From assembly GCA_964016885.1 (NCBI GenBank), contig OZ024745.1, positions 70,990,001-71,054,000 on the forward strand: a stretch of DNA of 64,000 nt, read 5' to 3'. The notes below the pieces were generated by a model. The model ran no database searches. It was not told the origin of the DNA and saw nothing but the letters and a program-made list of their open reading frames with translations. The position numbers were made by a program, and so were the translations under genes. Below are positions 1 to 12,291 of this stretch, one piece after another. How positions within the stretch are numbered: position 1 is the first letter of the stretch; every line of letters starts with the position of its first letter. The DNA is from Eledone cirrhosa (taxonomy: Eukaryota).

Positions 1-163
1 CGGCTAATACTGGTCCAGAATTAGCCGTCGAAACGGTATATATATATATACACACACATGTATACACACACGGTATATATATATATACACACACATACAT
101 TTACATGTATTTATATATTTATGTATATGCATAAATATATATCTATATATATGTATATGTATA

Positions 164-227
<64 letters not shown>

Positions 228-387
228 CACACTCTTGTGTTGGCTCACCTGCCAACACAAGAGCAAGAATGAAGGGTCCATTCTACTGACATGGCTATAT
301 ATATATAGAATACTGTAAGAGCATAGAGTGCTCAACCTGCATACTGCCTATGGAAGCATCTTAGCTACCATCAGATACACACACACC

Positions 388-515
<128 letters not shown>

Positions 516-782
516 CACATATATATATATATACATATACATATATAGAGATATATATTTATGCATACACATAAATATACATGTAAATGTATGTGTGTGT
601 AAATACATGTAAATGTATGTGTGTGTATATATATATATAGGTATAGAGTCCAGAATTAGCCGTCGAAACGGCTTGAGCTCAGCCGTCGGGTTCCTACTCG
701 TTCCTATTACCCACTCTACTACCTAAGTATTGAGTACTTTGGTGCGTTATGGTCCATTTGGTTCCTTACCACATTTCCTTCG

Positions 783-854
<72 letters not shown>

Positions 855-938
855 TATAAACTTATAAACTTAGCAGCATGGCCCTCCCAAATGTAACAAT
901 ATAAACATATGCATATATAGATAGATATCTTATAGATA

Positions 939-1924
939 TGTTTCTTTTATTTGCCACAAGGGCATCAAAAGTGGGACAAGTACAATGGGGGGAGTTTACA
1001 AAACAAGGCGTCCTCAATAGGGAGGAGGCAATAACAATATATAAAAATAAAATAAAATATAACAAAAAATAGAATTATAACAAAATCCTCAATAGAGGAT
1101 TTTGTTATAAAATATAACAAAAAATAAAATTTATAACAAAATCCTCAATAGAGAGGAGGCGCCTTGGGGGGTCGCACACACCCCAGAAAAAAGTGTGCAA
1201 CCCTTTTCCTCAGGAGCACAGAGAGGGGGTGCTCCCTCGTTCCTTCCTTTTTTCCACCTACAGGCTCATGTAAAGAGAAGGCCCATTCACACGGGCCATT
1301 CTCGCCACTTTCACCCACCTTTCATAAAAACGACTGGGGTGCAGCACCTCTCTCTCCATCCTGATCCTTCTTCCGAAATGATATCGGAAGAAACGGACCA
1401 GTTGTTGGCCAGAGAGAAAGGTGCCTGACCTCAGTCCTTTCAGACGCGTCCACCATACAACCTCTTTCGCCATGGCTATTACGCACAGAAACACCGCCTC
1501 TGCTTCATCTTTGAAGGGGGGAGGCGGCTTGATCATTACAATAGACTCGGTGGTCAACCGGATCGGTCCCACCCTTGACAGCAGTTGTTCGACATAGCCC
1601 CACAGATCGGCTACGCCCGAGCAGTGTACCAATGCGTGTGCAACGGTTTCCTCGTCGCACACGCATCTGGGACAGATCTTTTTGGCGGGGTCCCTACCCG
1701 GGCGCCCATGTCTGTAGAGCCTTTCTCGAACGGGTAAGGCTCCTCGGTAGCACTGCCAGGCCAGGGACTTCTGGAAGTTGTCCATAGGTCCAGGGCTGAA
1801 TGTCCTACCGAACAGGCTGGACAGTTCGTCCTCCTCCATGTCTAGGGCTTCTCCGAGGGCGTCGTCGCACCTGCTGCGTACCAGCCCTCTATAGAATGTT
1901 GCGGTGGAGTCTCCACTGATAACC
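939..1924 (-). mobile_element. 5'-truncated Tx1-like LINE (ORF2 C-terminus and 3' UTR) with 16-bp TSD
   Basis: ORF 1258-1839(-) has the zf-RVT-type motif CPRCVCDEETVAHALVHC. AATAAA lies near the 3' end. The TSD agatatcttatagata is at 923-938 and 1925-1940. Homologous to 22036-23870. Confidence 0.9.
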
Positions 1925-2064
1925 AGATATCTTATAGATAGTTAGATAGATAGATATGATAATTTCCGTCGAATGAAAGAGTGGTATACCTGTAGAAGCC
2001 ATTTCTATATTAAAAATGTATACTTGCTATGTATGGTGGTTACTTCCGATTGAACCCGGGATAC

Positions 2065-2151
<87 letters not shown>

Positions 2152-2276
2152 ATTATCCCGGGTTCAATCAGGCGTAACCACAGCAAGTAAGGTACTCAAT
2201 ACAAAGCAGAGTATAGAGTATAAATACATGTATTTAATATAGAAAGGCTTCTACAAGACTAGAAGTCTTTCTATAT

Positions 2277-2364
<88 letters not shown>

Positions 2365-2366
<2 letters not shown>

Positions 2367-2554
2367 AAAGAGTAGGATCCCGACGGCTGAGCTCAAGCCG
2401 TTTCGACAGCTAATTATGGTCCAGAATTAGCCGTCGAAACGGCTTGAGCTCAGCCGTCGGGGTCCTACTCGTTCCTATTACCCACTCTACTACCCTAAGT
2501 ATTGAGTACTTTGGTGCGTTATGGTCCATCTGGTTCCTTACCACATTTCCTTCG

Positions 2555-2555
<1 letters not shown>
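2365..2555 (+). mobile_element. Fold-back repeat family A (Penelope-like relic, hammerhead 3' half)
   Basis: GAAA-cggc-ttgagctca-gccg-TC^ggggtcc, preceded by its own inverted copy. Family members at 1-37, 647-785, 9997-10115(-), 12087-12295, 28790-28825 and 31341-31505 all abut (TA)n. Confidence 0.7.
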
Positions 2556-2624
<69 letters not shown>

Positions 2625-2642
2625 AATGAATAATAACTATGC

Positions 2643-2722
<80 letters not shown>

Positions 2723-2812
2723 CGTGTGTGTAGTGAAAACGTGGACGGGAACAAAAACAGAGAGGCAGTACAAATAAAAGTTTATTAGGTTCACGCTCTT
2801 GAGAGTGGGGGG

Positions 2813-2852
<40 letters not shown>

Positions 2853-3175
2853 ATAATGTTATGTCTCCATTTCTATATCTTTTGCTATCTATAAATCTAG
2901 CTAGCCATTTATCTCTCGATTTACTATATCTGTTTGTATGTGTTTAGGCAAACTACAGAAAAGATACTTTCTCGGACAACATTGCAGATATTGAGTTATG
3001 CACCTTCACAGTCAAATTTCAAATACTCCTAGTCAGTCTGCCTATCATGTTTATTGTGTTACTCGAAAGTATCAAAATTATCAAAAGTACTTTGACATCG
3101 ATTTTATATAATTTACCAATTCCCAAAATATGTTGTATTATACCCTCATTAGGAATGCTTACTTACATAATAATA

Positions 3176-3465
3176 ATTGTTTCTAATTTTGGCACAAGGC
3201 CAGCAATTATTCCAGTGCATTACTGGTACTTTATTTTATCGACCCCGTAAGGATGAAAGGCAAAGTTAACAACGGCGGGATTTGAACCCAGAACGTAAAG
3301 GGCCATAATTCTATGCTGTAAAGCTCTACCGACACTGCCAATTCACTGCCCCTGACATAATAATAATGGTTTCTGATTTAGGCACAAGAACAACAATTTG
3401 GGGGAAGGAGAATATCGATTACATCGACCCCCAGTATTTAACTGGTACTTTATCTTATCAACTTT
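3176..3465 (-). mobile_element. Two SINE copies (60594 family)
   Basis: ctggtactttattttatcgaccccgtaaggatgaaaggcaaagtt, followed by a second 3' fragment. Confidence 0.8.
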
Positions 3466-3618
3466 GAAAGGGTTCCCTTATTCCTAAGAAAGAAATCACC
3501 TCCCAATGAAGGAACTGGAATTCTTCCAATATTGGTTATTCCAATGTCTTGGAATTGCCGATGATGTTTCTTGAGTTTCAGAAACCATGGTCGGGATATT
3601 ATATAAGTAAAAACCGAC

Positions 3619-3682
<64 letters not shown>

Positions 3683-3787
3683 AATGAGGAGTTACATGGT
3701 TTGTTTGGTAATTATTCAACAAAGCTAATTTTACAACAGATTAGAAGCACTCTACAATATTTATCTGTAGTATCATTAAATGGAGAA

Positions 3788-3952
3788 TACCATATTATTT
3801 TATTATACATATTTCAAGGATACTAACATTTTAGTACGCTTTCGTCAGATAAAATATAATATTTGGTGTTAAGATAGTGACATAACTTCGTGTGATCTTC
3901 AGCGTACTAATATGTTAGTACCCTTGAAATACGTATAATAAAATAATATGGT
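3788..3952. repeat. Fold-back family B inverted repeat
   Basis: accatattattttattatac...ttagtacgct / agcgtactaa...aaaataatatggt. Relatives at about 16830-16945 and 24180-24425. Confidence 0.75.
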
Positions 3953-3980
3953 TTCGTAAAGATATTTTCCATTTATTAAT

Positions 3981-4026
<46 letters not shown>

Positions 4027-4028
<2 letters not shown>

Positions 4029-4348
4029 TAAATATCATCTTGGTTAAGAGAGTGGGACTGGCTTTGTGCAGTGCCTTTGCTCACTATAAAAGCTTCACGG
4101 CACAGGCATTGCTTTATATCTGGAGATCTCTCTGCACTTGTCGTCACATGGTACCATGGGCCCAGCACTATGTGTCAATAATTGTCACAAGTGTAGTGTT
4201 TGTACCAGAGTTTTCAAGTCGCTGGCTGGACTAAAAAGTTACGCTCGTTCAGCGCATCGGTAGGGGTTCTCCTACATGGATATAAAGTAGTGGCCGTACT
4301 CGAAAACGAGTTGGCAGCCATCATGTATGTATGTATGTATGTATGTAT
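4027..4348 (+). mobile_element. 3' part of the (TATG)n-tailed element family
   Basis: Close reverse complement of about 8738-9036. Ends ttggcagccatc(atgt)n. Confidence 0.75.
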
Positions 4349-4397
4349 GCGAAGCACGTTAAAAAATTTAGTAGAACTCCCTTACTTAAATTATATA

Positions 4398-4428
<31 letters not shown>

Positions 4429-4795
4429 GCGAAACACGTGCAAACATTTCGTAAAACTCCCTTACTTAAATTTCTGACCAAAATAGAACCTCGACAAGGG
4501 CATCTTTGCTGTCTACATATACCTTTTCCCGTAATACCACCGATAGAGCAGCATTAGTTTATTGAAAAACGAGGTACTTTCAATAGGGAAATCTACTTGA
4601 TATGGTGGTGTTCGTGTCTTTCTCGGCATTATTACTAGAGTGTGAAAATTGGTAGGATGTTTATTGAGGTTGACATCCGGCCGAGGTCAACCTCAATAAA
4701 ATATACCCTCTCTGGAGTTGATTTAAACTTAGAACAACTTTATCTGCAGTAATGTCTGTAACTTCAACTCTCACACATATCATTTATATATATAT

Positions 4796-5431
4796 AGTAT
4801 AAAAGAGAAAACACAGGTAAGCATTAAGAGAAGGATTTTATCCAGGTATTTACGACCGTTCCATTGGTAAGTGCAGCCTTATCTTGCTATACTGCAAATA
4901 GCAGCCACTCAATTATAATTGTTGTTCACAGTTCAAATTTTCAAAATAGTGAGTAAGTTACTCTTGAAATAATTCTTAATATATATAGAAAAACATTTAT
5001 TTGGAATTGTATTTACTAGTATAGAGAGAGAGGAATCAGAATGTGAGGGGACAAACGGAATAGTATAGAGAGAGAGGAAGGGGGAAGAGTTAGGAAGTAG
5101 AGTGACAAACTGAGATGGAGGGAGGGGTAGAGGTGGAAGGATTCCTTGATCAGTTTTGATATGTAGACTTCATGTCGTGGAATGTAGTGAGTTAAAGAGA
5201 ATTAAATTGATCATAGTGGGAGGGATGGATAGAGAGAGAGAGGCGGGGGGATATAAAGAGATAAATATATATATAAAAAATCAAGATAAAGATAATAGTG
5301 AACAACAATTATAATTGAGTGGCTGCTATTTGCAGTATAGCAATATAAGGTTGCACTTACCAATGAAACGGTCGTAAATACCTGGATTAAATCCTTCCCT
5401 TAATGCTTACCTGTGTTTTCTCTTTTATACT
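4796..5431. repeat. Inverted repeat, ~134-bp arms, ~370-bp spacer
   Basis: 4796-4929 versus 5298-5431, with a few mismatches. Confidence 0.9.
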
Positions 5432-5910
5432 TTATACTCCAAGATTGAACGGAATTCTTACAAACTTATGGAGTTACCCTAACCGTACGTTGAAACCATC
5501 CATGAAACTGGCTTTCTTAACCACGAACTGGATCACAAAAAAAAAATGTTCTGCTTCCCTAACTATATATATATATATATATAATTTAGCGAGAATCGCA
5601 TTTCGGCGGGTAGAAATTAGCGAAACGCAACTTCCGTATTGTGCTGACAAGCGCTCCATGGATCTGAAGAAGATATCAGAGCTATAAACATAAGTTAAAA
5701 TGGTCATACACGCTGAGACGATGGTTAAGAAGCCATTAACCACCATAGCCAAAAAAGCGAACAAGCTAAACGGGTCGAACAAAATGAGATATGATTGAAA
5801 TATTTACCCGGACCCTTCATGGAAGATGGAAGGTATTAAGGTACAACTTAATTGCATCCATAATAAGTATGCCGAGTGAGCACTCGATGCTCTTGGGGAT
5901 CAGAGTATCA

Positions 5911-6254
5911 ATAATATTAATATGTAAGGGAACAAAGAATCAGTGTTGTATCATATAAATATTTAATTACATATTACATATGTTTCACTGTCGATCAGCT
6001 CGAGGAACGATCTATTAATGATCGAACCTGACTCTGGAATCGGAAGCTCCTCAGATAGGTTTTAACATGTAGACTCGCGTCTGAGAGTTAAAACACATGT
6101 TAAAACACATCTGAGGAGCTACCGATTCCAGAGCCAGGTTCGATCATTAATAGATCGTTCCTCGAGCTGATCGACAATGAAACATATGTAATATGTAATT
6201 AAATATGTATATGATGCAACACTGATTCTTCGTTCCCTTATATATTAATATTAT
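5911..6254. repeat. Imperfect inverted repeat, ~160-bp arms, ~24-bp spacer
   Basis: Arms 5911-6070 and 6095-6254. A single-arm relative is at about 20400-20512. Confidence 0.9.
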
Positions 6255-6594
6255 ATATATATATATATATATAGTAATAATAATAACAAAGACCAAATAG
6301 TTTAAGCAATTAATTTCTGCTTTCACCCTAAGCGGTATCATCTGAAAGTGAGAAGAATCAATCAGTAGATGCAATATTTCAAAACAATTACGACCAAATA
6401 CATGTGTATGTGTGCGTGTGATTGTGTGCGCGTGTACTGGGGATGAGTAAGTCTTTAGCTTAGATCTCTGGTCTTTTGCCTGTATAAGAGTTTATTATTA
6501 TTCAGTAGTCATGTTATTGAGTATTTTACTGCATTGCTACGTGAAGGACTTTGTGTCTTATTATTTGATTTTTATGTAGGAAAAGTTCCTACAT

Positions 6595-7720
6595 TAAAAT
6601 TTGGATTTGCTATTAGATAAATCTAGTGATATTATAGTGAACAAACTGCTGAGGACAGCTATAATATGTTTCAGTAACAATTACACACAAATGTACATGG
6701 GTATCTTGATTTGGTATTTTTTGAAAAACATGATACAGATGGCATTGTAGATGATTTGAAATTTAGATGAATAGAAAACGAAAATAAGCATTAAAAATCT
6801 AAACACCTTTGGAGCTAATAATGTCAGTGTCCTGGTATGTATTGATAACGGTATCTGTCAGAAATTTAAAGAAGTTCCATCATTACTTCTGATTCTATAT
6901 GAATGTTGTCTTTTGCCACTGGCAGTAACTCATACTTGTGTTAAACGTCTCTCTAGAAACTTTTAATAGCACAGACTTGTTGTTTTCTCACACTTAAACC
7001 AGACAAACTGCTTAGCACTAGTTGGAGCTCGCTATTATTGATAAAGAAACGGTGGTGTAAGTAGATGGTTATCAATTGAACCTGTGACTAATCAACGACT
7101 TGAAATACAAATTCACTTTAAAGTTATGAGTACATAAGATAAGTGGTTTACTGCTCAATTGTTAATGAAATTGTTAATGATTATAAGAATATGCTTATCT
7201 TTTTAATCGAATTTAAAAGCATGTTCAAGAGGTTAATAAATGTTTGGAATCAAAACCATTGCATAAGGTTAAGTTATTTACAGATCTTTTCCATTTGGAA
7301 ATATCTTAGCATTACCAACAAGAAGAGTAGAACTTCTTGGTTTCTAGTATTGAAGAATCTGAGGGTTAAACTCAAATCTTTACTACAGGTTTCGGAGAAA
7401 AATTCCAAGAATAATGCTCAGGAAAGGAAATAACACCAGATGATACCTTACATATGTTTCTCTCTGTTTCTACAAACAATTCAAACAATACTTAACAGAA
7501 AGGTTAGTCACATTGAAAAACATTAAATTTCTTTTATTGAAATTATTGGCTTGTCATCTCTTCAGTAATGTAGTGGGTTGTTATTATAGTTAATGGCTTT
7601 GGGCTTTCTTGGTAGTTATCTTAAAACCGCTTCTAAGGAAAATATATTTGAAACTGTTGGATATTATAGAACCATGTTTGTTCTTTAGGCTTCAATCGTA
7701 GATCAAAGTAATGGGAAATC
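6595..7720 (+). pseudogene. Decayed hAT-superfamily transposase
   Basis: Interrupted frames read LLLDKSSDI (DESTD-like), GANNVSVLVCIDNGICQKFKEVPSLLLILYECCLLPLAV (GTDNASVM...CxxH-like), RWLSIEP and VQEVNKCLES. Many stops and indels. Confidence 0.75.
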
Positions 7721-7892
7721 AAGAGGGTTATTTCTTTAGCTCTCGGCATCGCCCTCATGATGGAAACCTAAATACATGGCGCTCCAACGTTGTTGATGTT
7801 GTTGTTGTTATTGGAAAAGGCAGATTACCCAGTGTGTAATTTTTTTTAGGGTGGTGGTGGCGCAGCCACTCTTTAGTTCTCTCTCTCTTTCC

Positions 7893-7968
<76 letters not shown>

Positions 7969-8349
7969 GTTTGTATGTGTATGTGCGGGTGCTTGTATAT
8001 ATATATATATGTACATGGTCTCCCACAAAAATGTATACACACTTCAACAGCATTCTAATGAATATTGCCTGTACAGGTAATCAAAGTATTTATAATGTTG
8101 GCGGGGCACCCTGTATATCGTTCCCTTTCAATTAATCAAGTCACTTAAATCACTTAAATGTCTCCGAATCAAAGTTGTTAATGAATTATGTACCAGTAAT
8201 CTACTGGTATCATACCTGTCAATTGTAACCCCTCCCTACTTTGATATTTTACTTTTAATAAACCAGATATTATATGAATGTCAACAAGAAACCTATTTGA
8301 TGAAATGATGTCGTGACGGAATGGATTAATAGATTATACATATATACAT

Positions 8350-8650
8350 ACATGATGGCTGCCCCCTCGTTATCGAGTATGGCCATTGCACGATATACCA
8401 TTATTAATAATTATTAATTAATTCTATCGTGCAATGCCTGTGCGTGAAGATATGTTTTAAAGTGAGGAAAGACTGTGCACTGAGCCAATCCCACTCTCTG
8501 AGCGACAGTAGCTATAACCCGAAAAGAAGAAAAGATCAACATCATCGGTAACTACTGAGCCGCATGTTTTATATCGGAGTTATCCCAGTTTCCTGTGTTG
8601 CCTTCTCCTAGAAGAATGCCCTGACAAAGGCTAGGGGTCCTTCACTCCCA
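8350..8650 (-). mobile_element. Related (TATG)n-tailed element
   Basis: Shares atggctgcc...cgagta, gcaatgcctgtgcgtgaag and ccttctcctagaa...gacaaaggcta with 8738-9318. Flanked by (TACA)n. Confidence 0.65.
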
Positions 8651-8737
8651 TACATACATACATACATACATACATACATACATACATACATACATACATA
8701 CATACATACATACATACATACATACATACATACATAC

Positions 8738-9318
8738 ATGGTGGCTGCCAACTCGTATTCGAGTACGGCCACTACTTTATATCCATGTAGGAGAACTCCT
8801 ACTGATGCGCTGAACGAGTGTGACTTTTTAGTCCAGCCAGCGACTTGAAAACTTTGGTATAAACACTACACTTGTGACAATTACTGACACATAGTGCTGA
8901 GCCCATTGTACCATGTGATGACAAGTGCAGAGAGATCTCCAGATATAAAGCAATGCCGGTGCCGTGAAGCTTTTATAGTGAGCAAAGGCACTGCACAAAG
9001 CCAGTCCCACTGTCTTAACCAAGATGATATTTACCAAAAAGAAGAACACGTCAACATCATTGGATACCATCAGGGTTGCATGTGTTATATCAGAGTTTTC
9101 CTTCTCCTAGAATTCTGCCTTGACAAAGGCTAAAGGGTCATCTCTCCCGGTGATTTTGGATGGCCATTGACTCTTAAGAGCTCCTACGTCCTTTGAACTT
9201 TGACCTTTGACAGGTTTTGTTTTTAGTCCTGCAGGATGTCCAAAGTCACCCTCCTCACCAAGAAACCTTAGTGGGGTTGCCAGTTTAGTCGCCAACGACC
9301 CGACCATGAGACAGGTTG
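8738..9318 (-). mobile_element. Non-autonomous, probably RTE-related element with (TATG)n tail
   Basis: The minus strand has ctaggagaaggaaaactctga, a motif I associate with RTE 5' UTRs, and ends gagttggcagccacc(atgt)n. A close partial copy is at 4027-4348(+) and a relative at 8350-8650(-). Confidence 0.65.
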
Positions 9319-9376
9319 TACATACATACATACATACATACATACATACATACATACATACATACATACATACATA

Positions 9377-9800
9377 AAGCACAACCGGCCTGATATTGTT
9401 GTTTGGGACCACACATTGAAAACGTGTTCTGTTGTGGAGATCAGCTTCCCACTTGATGTAAACGTTGTCAGAAAAATACAGGAGAAGGAGGACATCTACG
9501 GACCATTGATGAGGAGTTTACAAATTCAGTATCCAAGATACACCTTTAGCTTCATACCCATCATTATTGGAGCTACGGGTTATATACCAACCCGTTTGGA
9601 CCAAAGTATGACTGAACTTGGATTTGCGGACAAAGAGCGCAGCTCCCTAATTCATAGTCTACAAATGGCTGCGATAGCTGGGACCTTCAAAATTTGCAAA
9701 ACATTCTTGCGATTCAAGGGATGACAATTTCTTTTCTTTTACTACCTTGCCACCAGGAAGGTGGCCGGTCAAAAAAATATACTCGAAATTAAGAGAAAGA
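9377..9800 (+). mobile_element. RLE-type non-LTR retrotransposon 3' end inside a (TACA)n tract
   Basis: KHNRPDIVVWD...VEISFP...IPIIIGATGYIP...KTFLRFKG*, followed by a short 3' UTR. (TACA)n lies on both sides. Confidence 0.85.
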
Positions 9801-9806
9801 GATAAC

Positions 9807-9873
<67 letters not shown>

Positions 9874-10190
9874 CAAACATACATACATATACATACAAAC
9901 ATACATATACATACAAACATACATACATACAGACGTGTGTGTGTGTATGTGTGTTTAAGTGTGTAAGTGAGTGTATTTATATATATTCATATATATAAGA
10001 AGGGAATCAGAACCACGGTAAGGTGCCAGGTGGACCATAGCACACCAGAGTACTCAATACTTAGGGTAGTAGCGTGGGTAATAGGATAAGAGTCATAACC
10101 CAATGATTCTGACTCCACACTCATGCGAGTTCGTGCGTATATATATATATATATATTTATACATATACGCGTGTTTGTGCATATATATGT

Positions 10191-10412
10191 GAAGGCGTGT
10201 GGCTGAGTGGTTAGAGAATTGGATTCGCAATCGTAAGGTTGTGAGTTCGATTCCTGGACCAGGTGATACGTTATGTCCTTGAGCAAGACACTTTATTTCA
10301 CGTTGCTCCTTCTACCTGGAGTTGCGACCGATAGATAGGATTAGCAATTGGAAAGACCAACGGAAACATTGTTCCCTCGGTCCGATTTGACGGAAGTCGA
10401 TCGTTCTTGTAT
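10191..10412 (+). mobile_element. tRNA-derived CORE-type SINE
   Basis: A box tggctgagtgg, B box gagttcgattcc and CORE-like tgtccttgagcaagacactt. Confidence 0.85.
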
Positions 10413-10424
10413 GTATATATATAT

Positions 10425-10856
10425 ATATTGTTATACTTTTGGAGGGTCATGTTGCCAATAAGAAACACACGCACCAGTTGCTTTCACTCCAATTTATTAT
10501 AAATTTAAAAAAATTTCAAAAAATGTATAAATTTCTGGTCACTGAAGAGGTCACAGAATGTGTGACGAAAGAACTTTGATAATATATGAAACCGATATTG
10601 TTATACTTTGAGAGGGTCATGTTGCCAATAAGAAACACACGCACCAGTTGCGTTCACTCCAATTTATTATAAATTAAAACATTTTTTCAAAAAATTTATA
10701 AATTTCCAGCTGGTTGTGGAACCAACCAATCAGCTGGAAATATATAAATTTTTGGAAAAAATGTTTTAATTTATAATAAATTGGAGTGAATGCAACTGGT
10801 GCGTGTGTTTCTTATTGGCAACATGACCCTCCCAAAGTATAACAATATCGGTTTCA
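10425..10856. repeat. Direct plus inverted triplication of a ~110-bp unit
   Basis: Units at 10425-10534(+), about 10595-10705(+) and about 10737-10848(-). Confidence 0.9.
10537..10580 (+). ncRNA. Minimal type-I hammerhead ribozyme motif
   Basis: ggtca-CTGAAGA-g-gtcaca-gaatg-tgtgac-GAAA-gaac-TT^tgat, with a 6-bp stem II. Confidence 0.62.
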
Positions 10857-11054
10857 ACACACATTTTCAGATAAAGAATTTTGCTAAACAAATTCAGAAA
10901 TGAAATATATATAATCAATTACAACTGTGAAGTTATGCCCGTTTCGCATGTCATTAAGTATGGATCATTATCGGACGCTGAGTCTTTAATATAGCTTTAC
11001 AAGTATAATAATAATATATATACCCATTATTCTCACGATTGTGCACCCAAACCT

Positions 11055-11132
<78 letters not shown>

Positions 11133-12015
11133 TTGTATATGTGTGTTTTGTGTGTGCATATGTGACTGTTACGTGTGTGAGATCATTGTGTATGTAGGAG
11201 GTGATATCTCATTCGTTTGATATATGATACTCTATTATAATCAAGTATCGATGAAATATGGTCCAATAAAACATTGAACCTTGCTTTTTTGGTTGATCTT
11301 TTCTATTGTAATCGATTATTATAGCTAAAACCTACATATAATTTCATATCCCTTTCATAGGGCTTCCTATATTCCAAGCTCAAACTACAAACAATTTTCT
11401 TTTGTGTGTGTATGTGTGTGTGCTATTTTTTTTTTATATTCTTCTCCAAAACCAAAACTAAACAGTTTGCTTTATAATGTTTGGTGGCGGCGGGGGTGTA
11501 TATGTGTGGGGGGTGAGTTATTGACCTCATCGTTTAAGCCAATGAATGTACCATTTGTTTGATGAACGGAACAAACTGCTCGTGAATGCTCGTGAAATTG
11601 CCACGCAAATGGCTAAGAATTATTGTGACATGAGTAGCATGAACGTATTTCTCCGGGAGATTCAGCATTACATGGTATATGGCATGGCTGGCCCTTTGTA
11701 TTACAGTTCCACAGGTCCAACTAATTTTTGCCAGTCGTGTAATCCAAAGCAATGTGAACTGAATTTTTTAAGACTGCGAGCCGAATACCGGAACTAATTA
11801 ACCAAGCGCCTTCGAGTTGAAGAGGTAATTGGAGATTTTTTAAATAAGAGTTATTCCCCTTTCATTCAGGTTCAGAGTTTATTACCTCCCGTCTCTGTTC
11901 GCTAATTCTTGATAATTGATTTTCGTGGGGTGGGGTGGTTAACAGTTTGTGAAATATAAATACCATTTAAGCTTGCTAGATTTTAAATAAAGATATAAAT
12001 ATCGCATACGACTCG

Positions 12016-12086
<71 letters not shown>

Positions 12087-12088
<2 letters not shown>

Positions 12089-12291
12089 AGAAAGTATGAC
12101 GTCGACGGCAGAGCTCAAGCCGTTTCGACGGCTATTTGCCTATTTTTGGACTCCAGTCCAGAAATAGCCGTCGAAACGGCTTCAGTTCTGCCGTCGGGGT
12201 CATACTTTCTCCTATTACCCACTCTACTACCCTAAGTATTGAGTACTCTGCTGCGTTATGGTCCATCTGGTTCCTTACCACATCTCCTTCG

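Noticed and set aside
10191-10262. tRNA gene
   Set aside because: The A and B boxes run into a SINE body present in multiple copies, and I see no complete cloverleaf.
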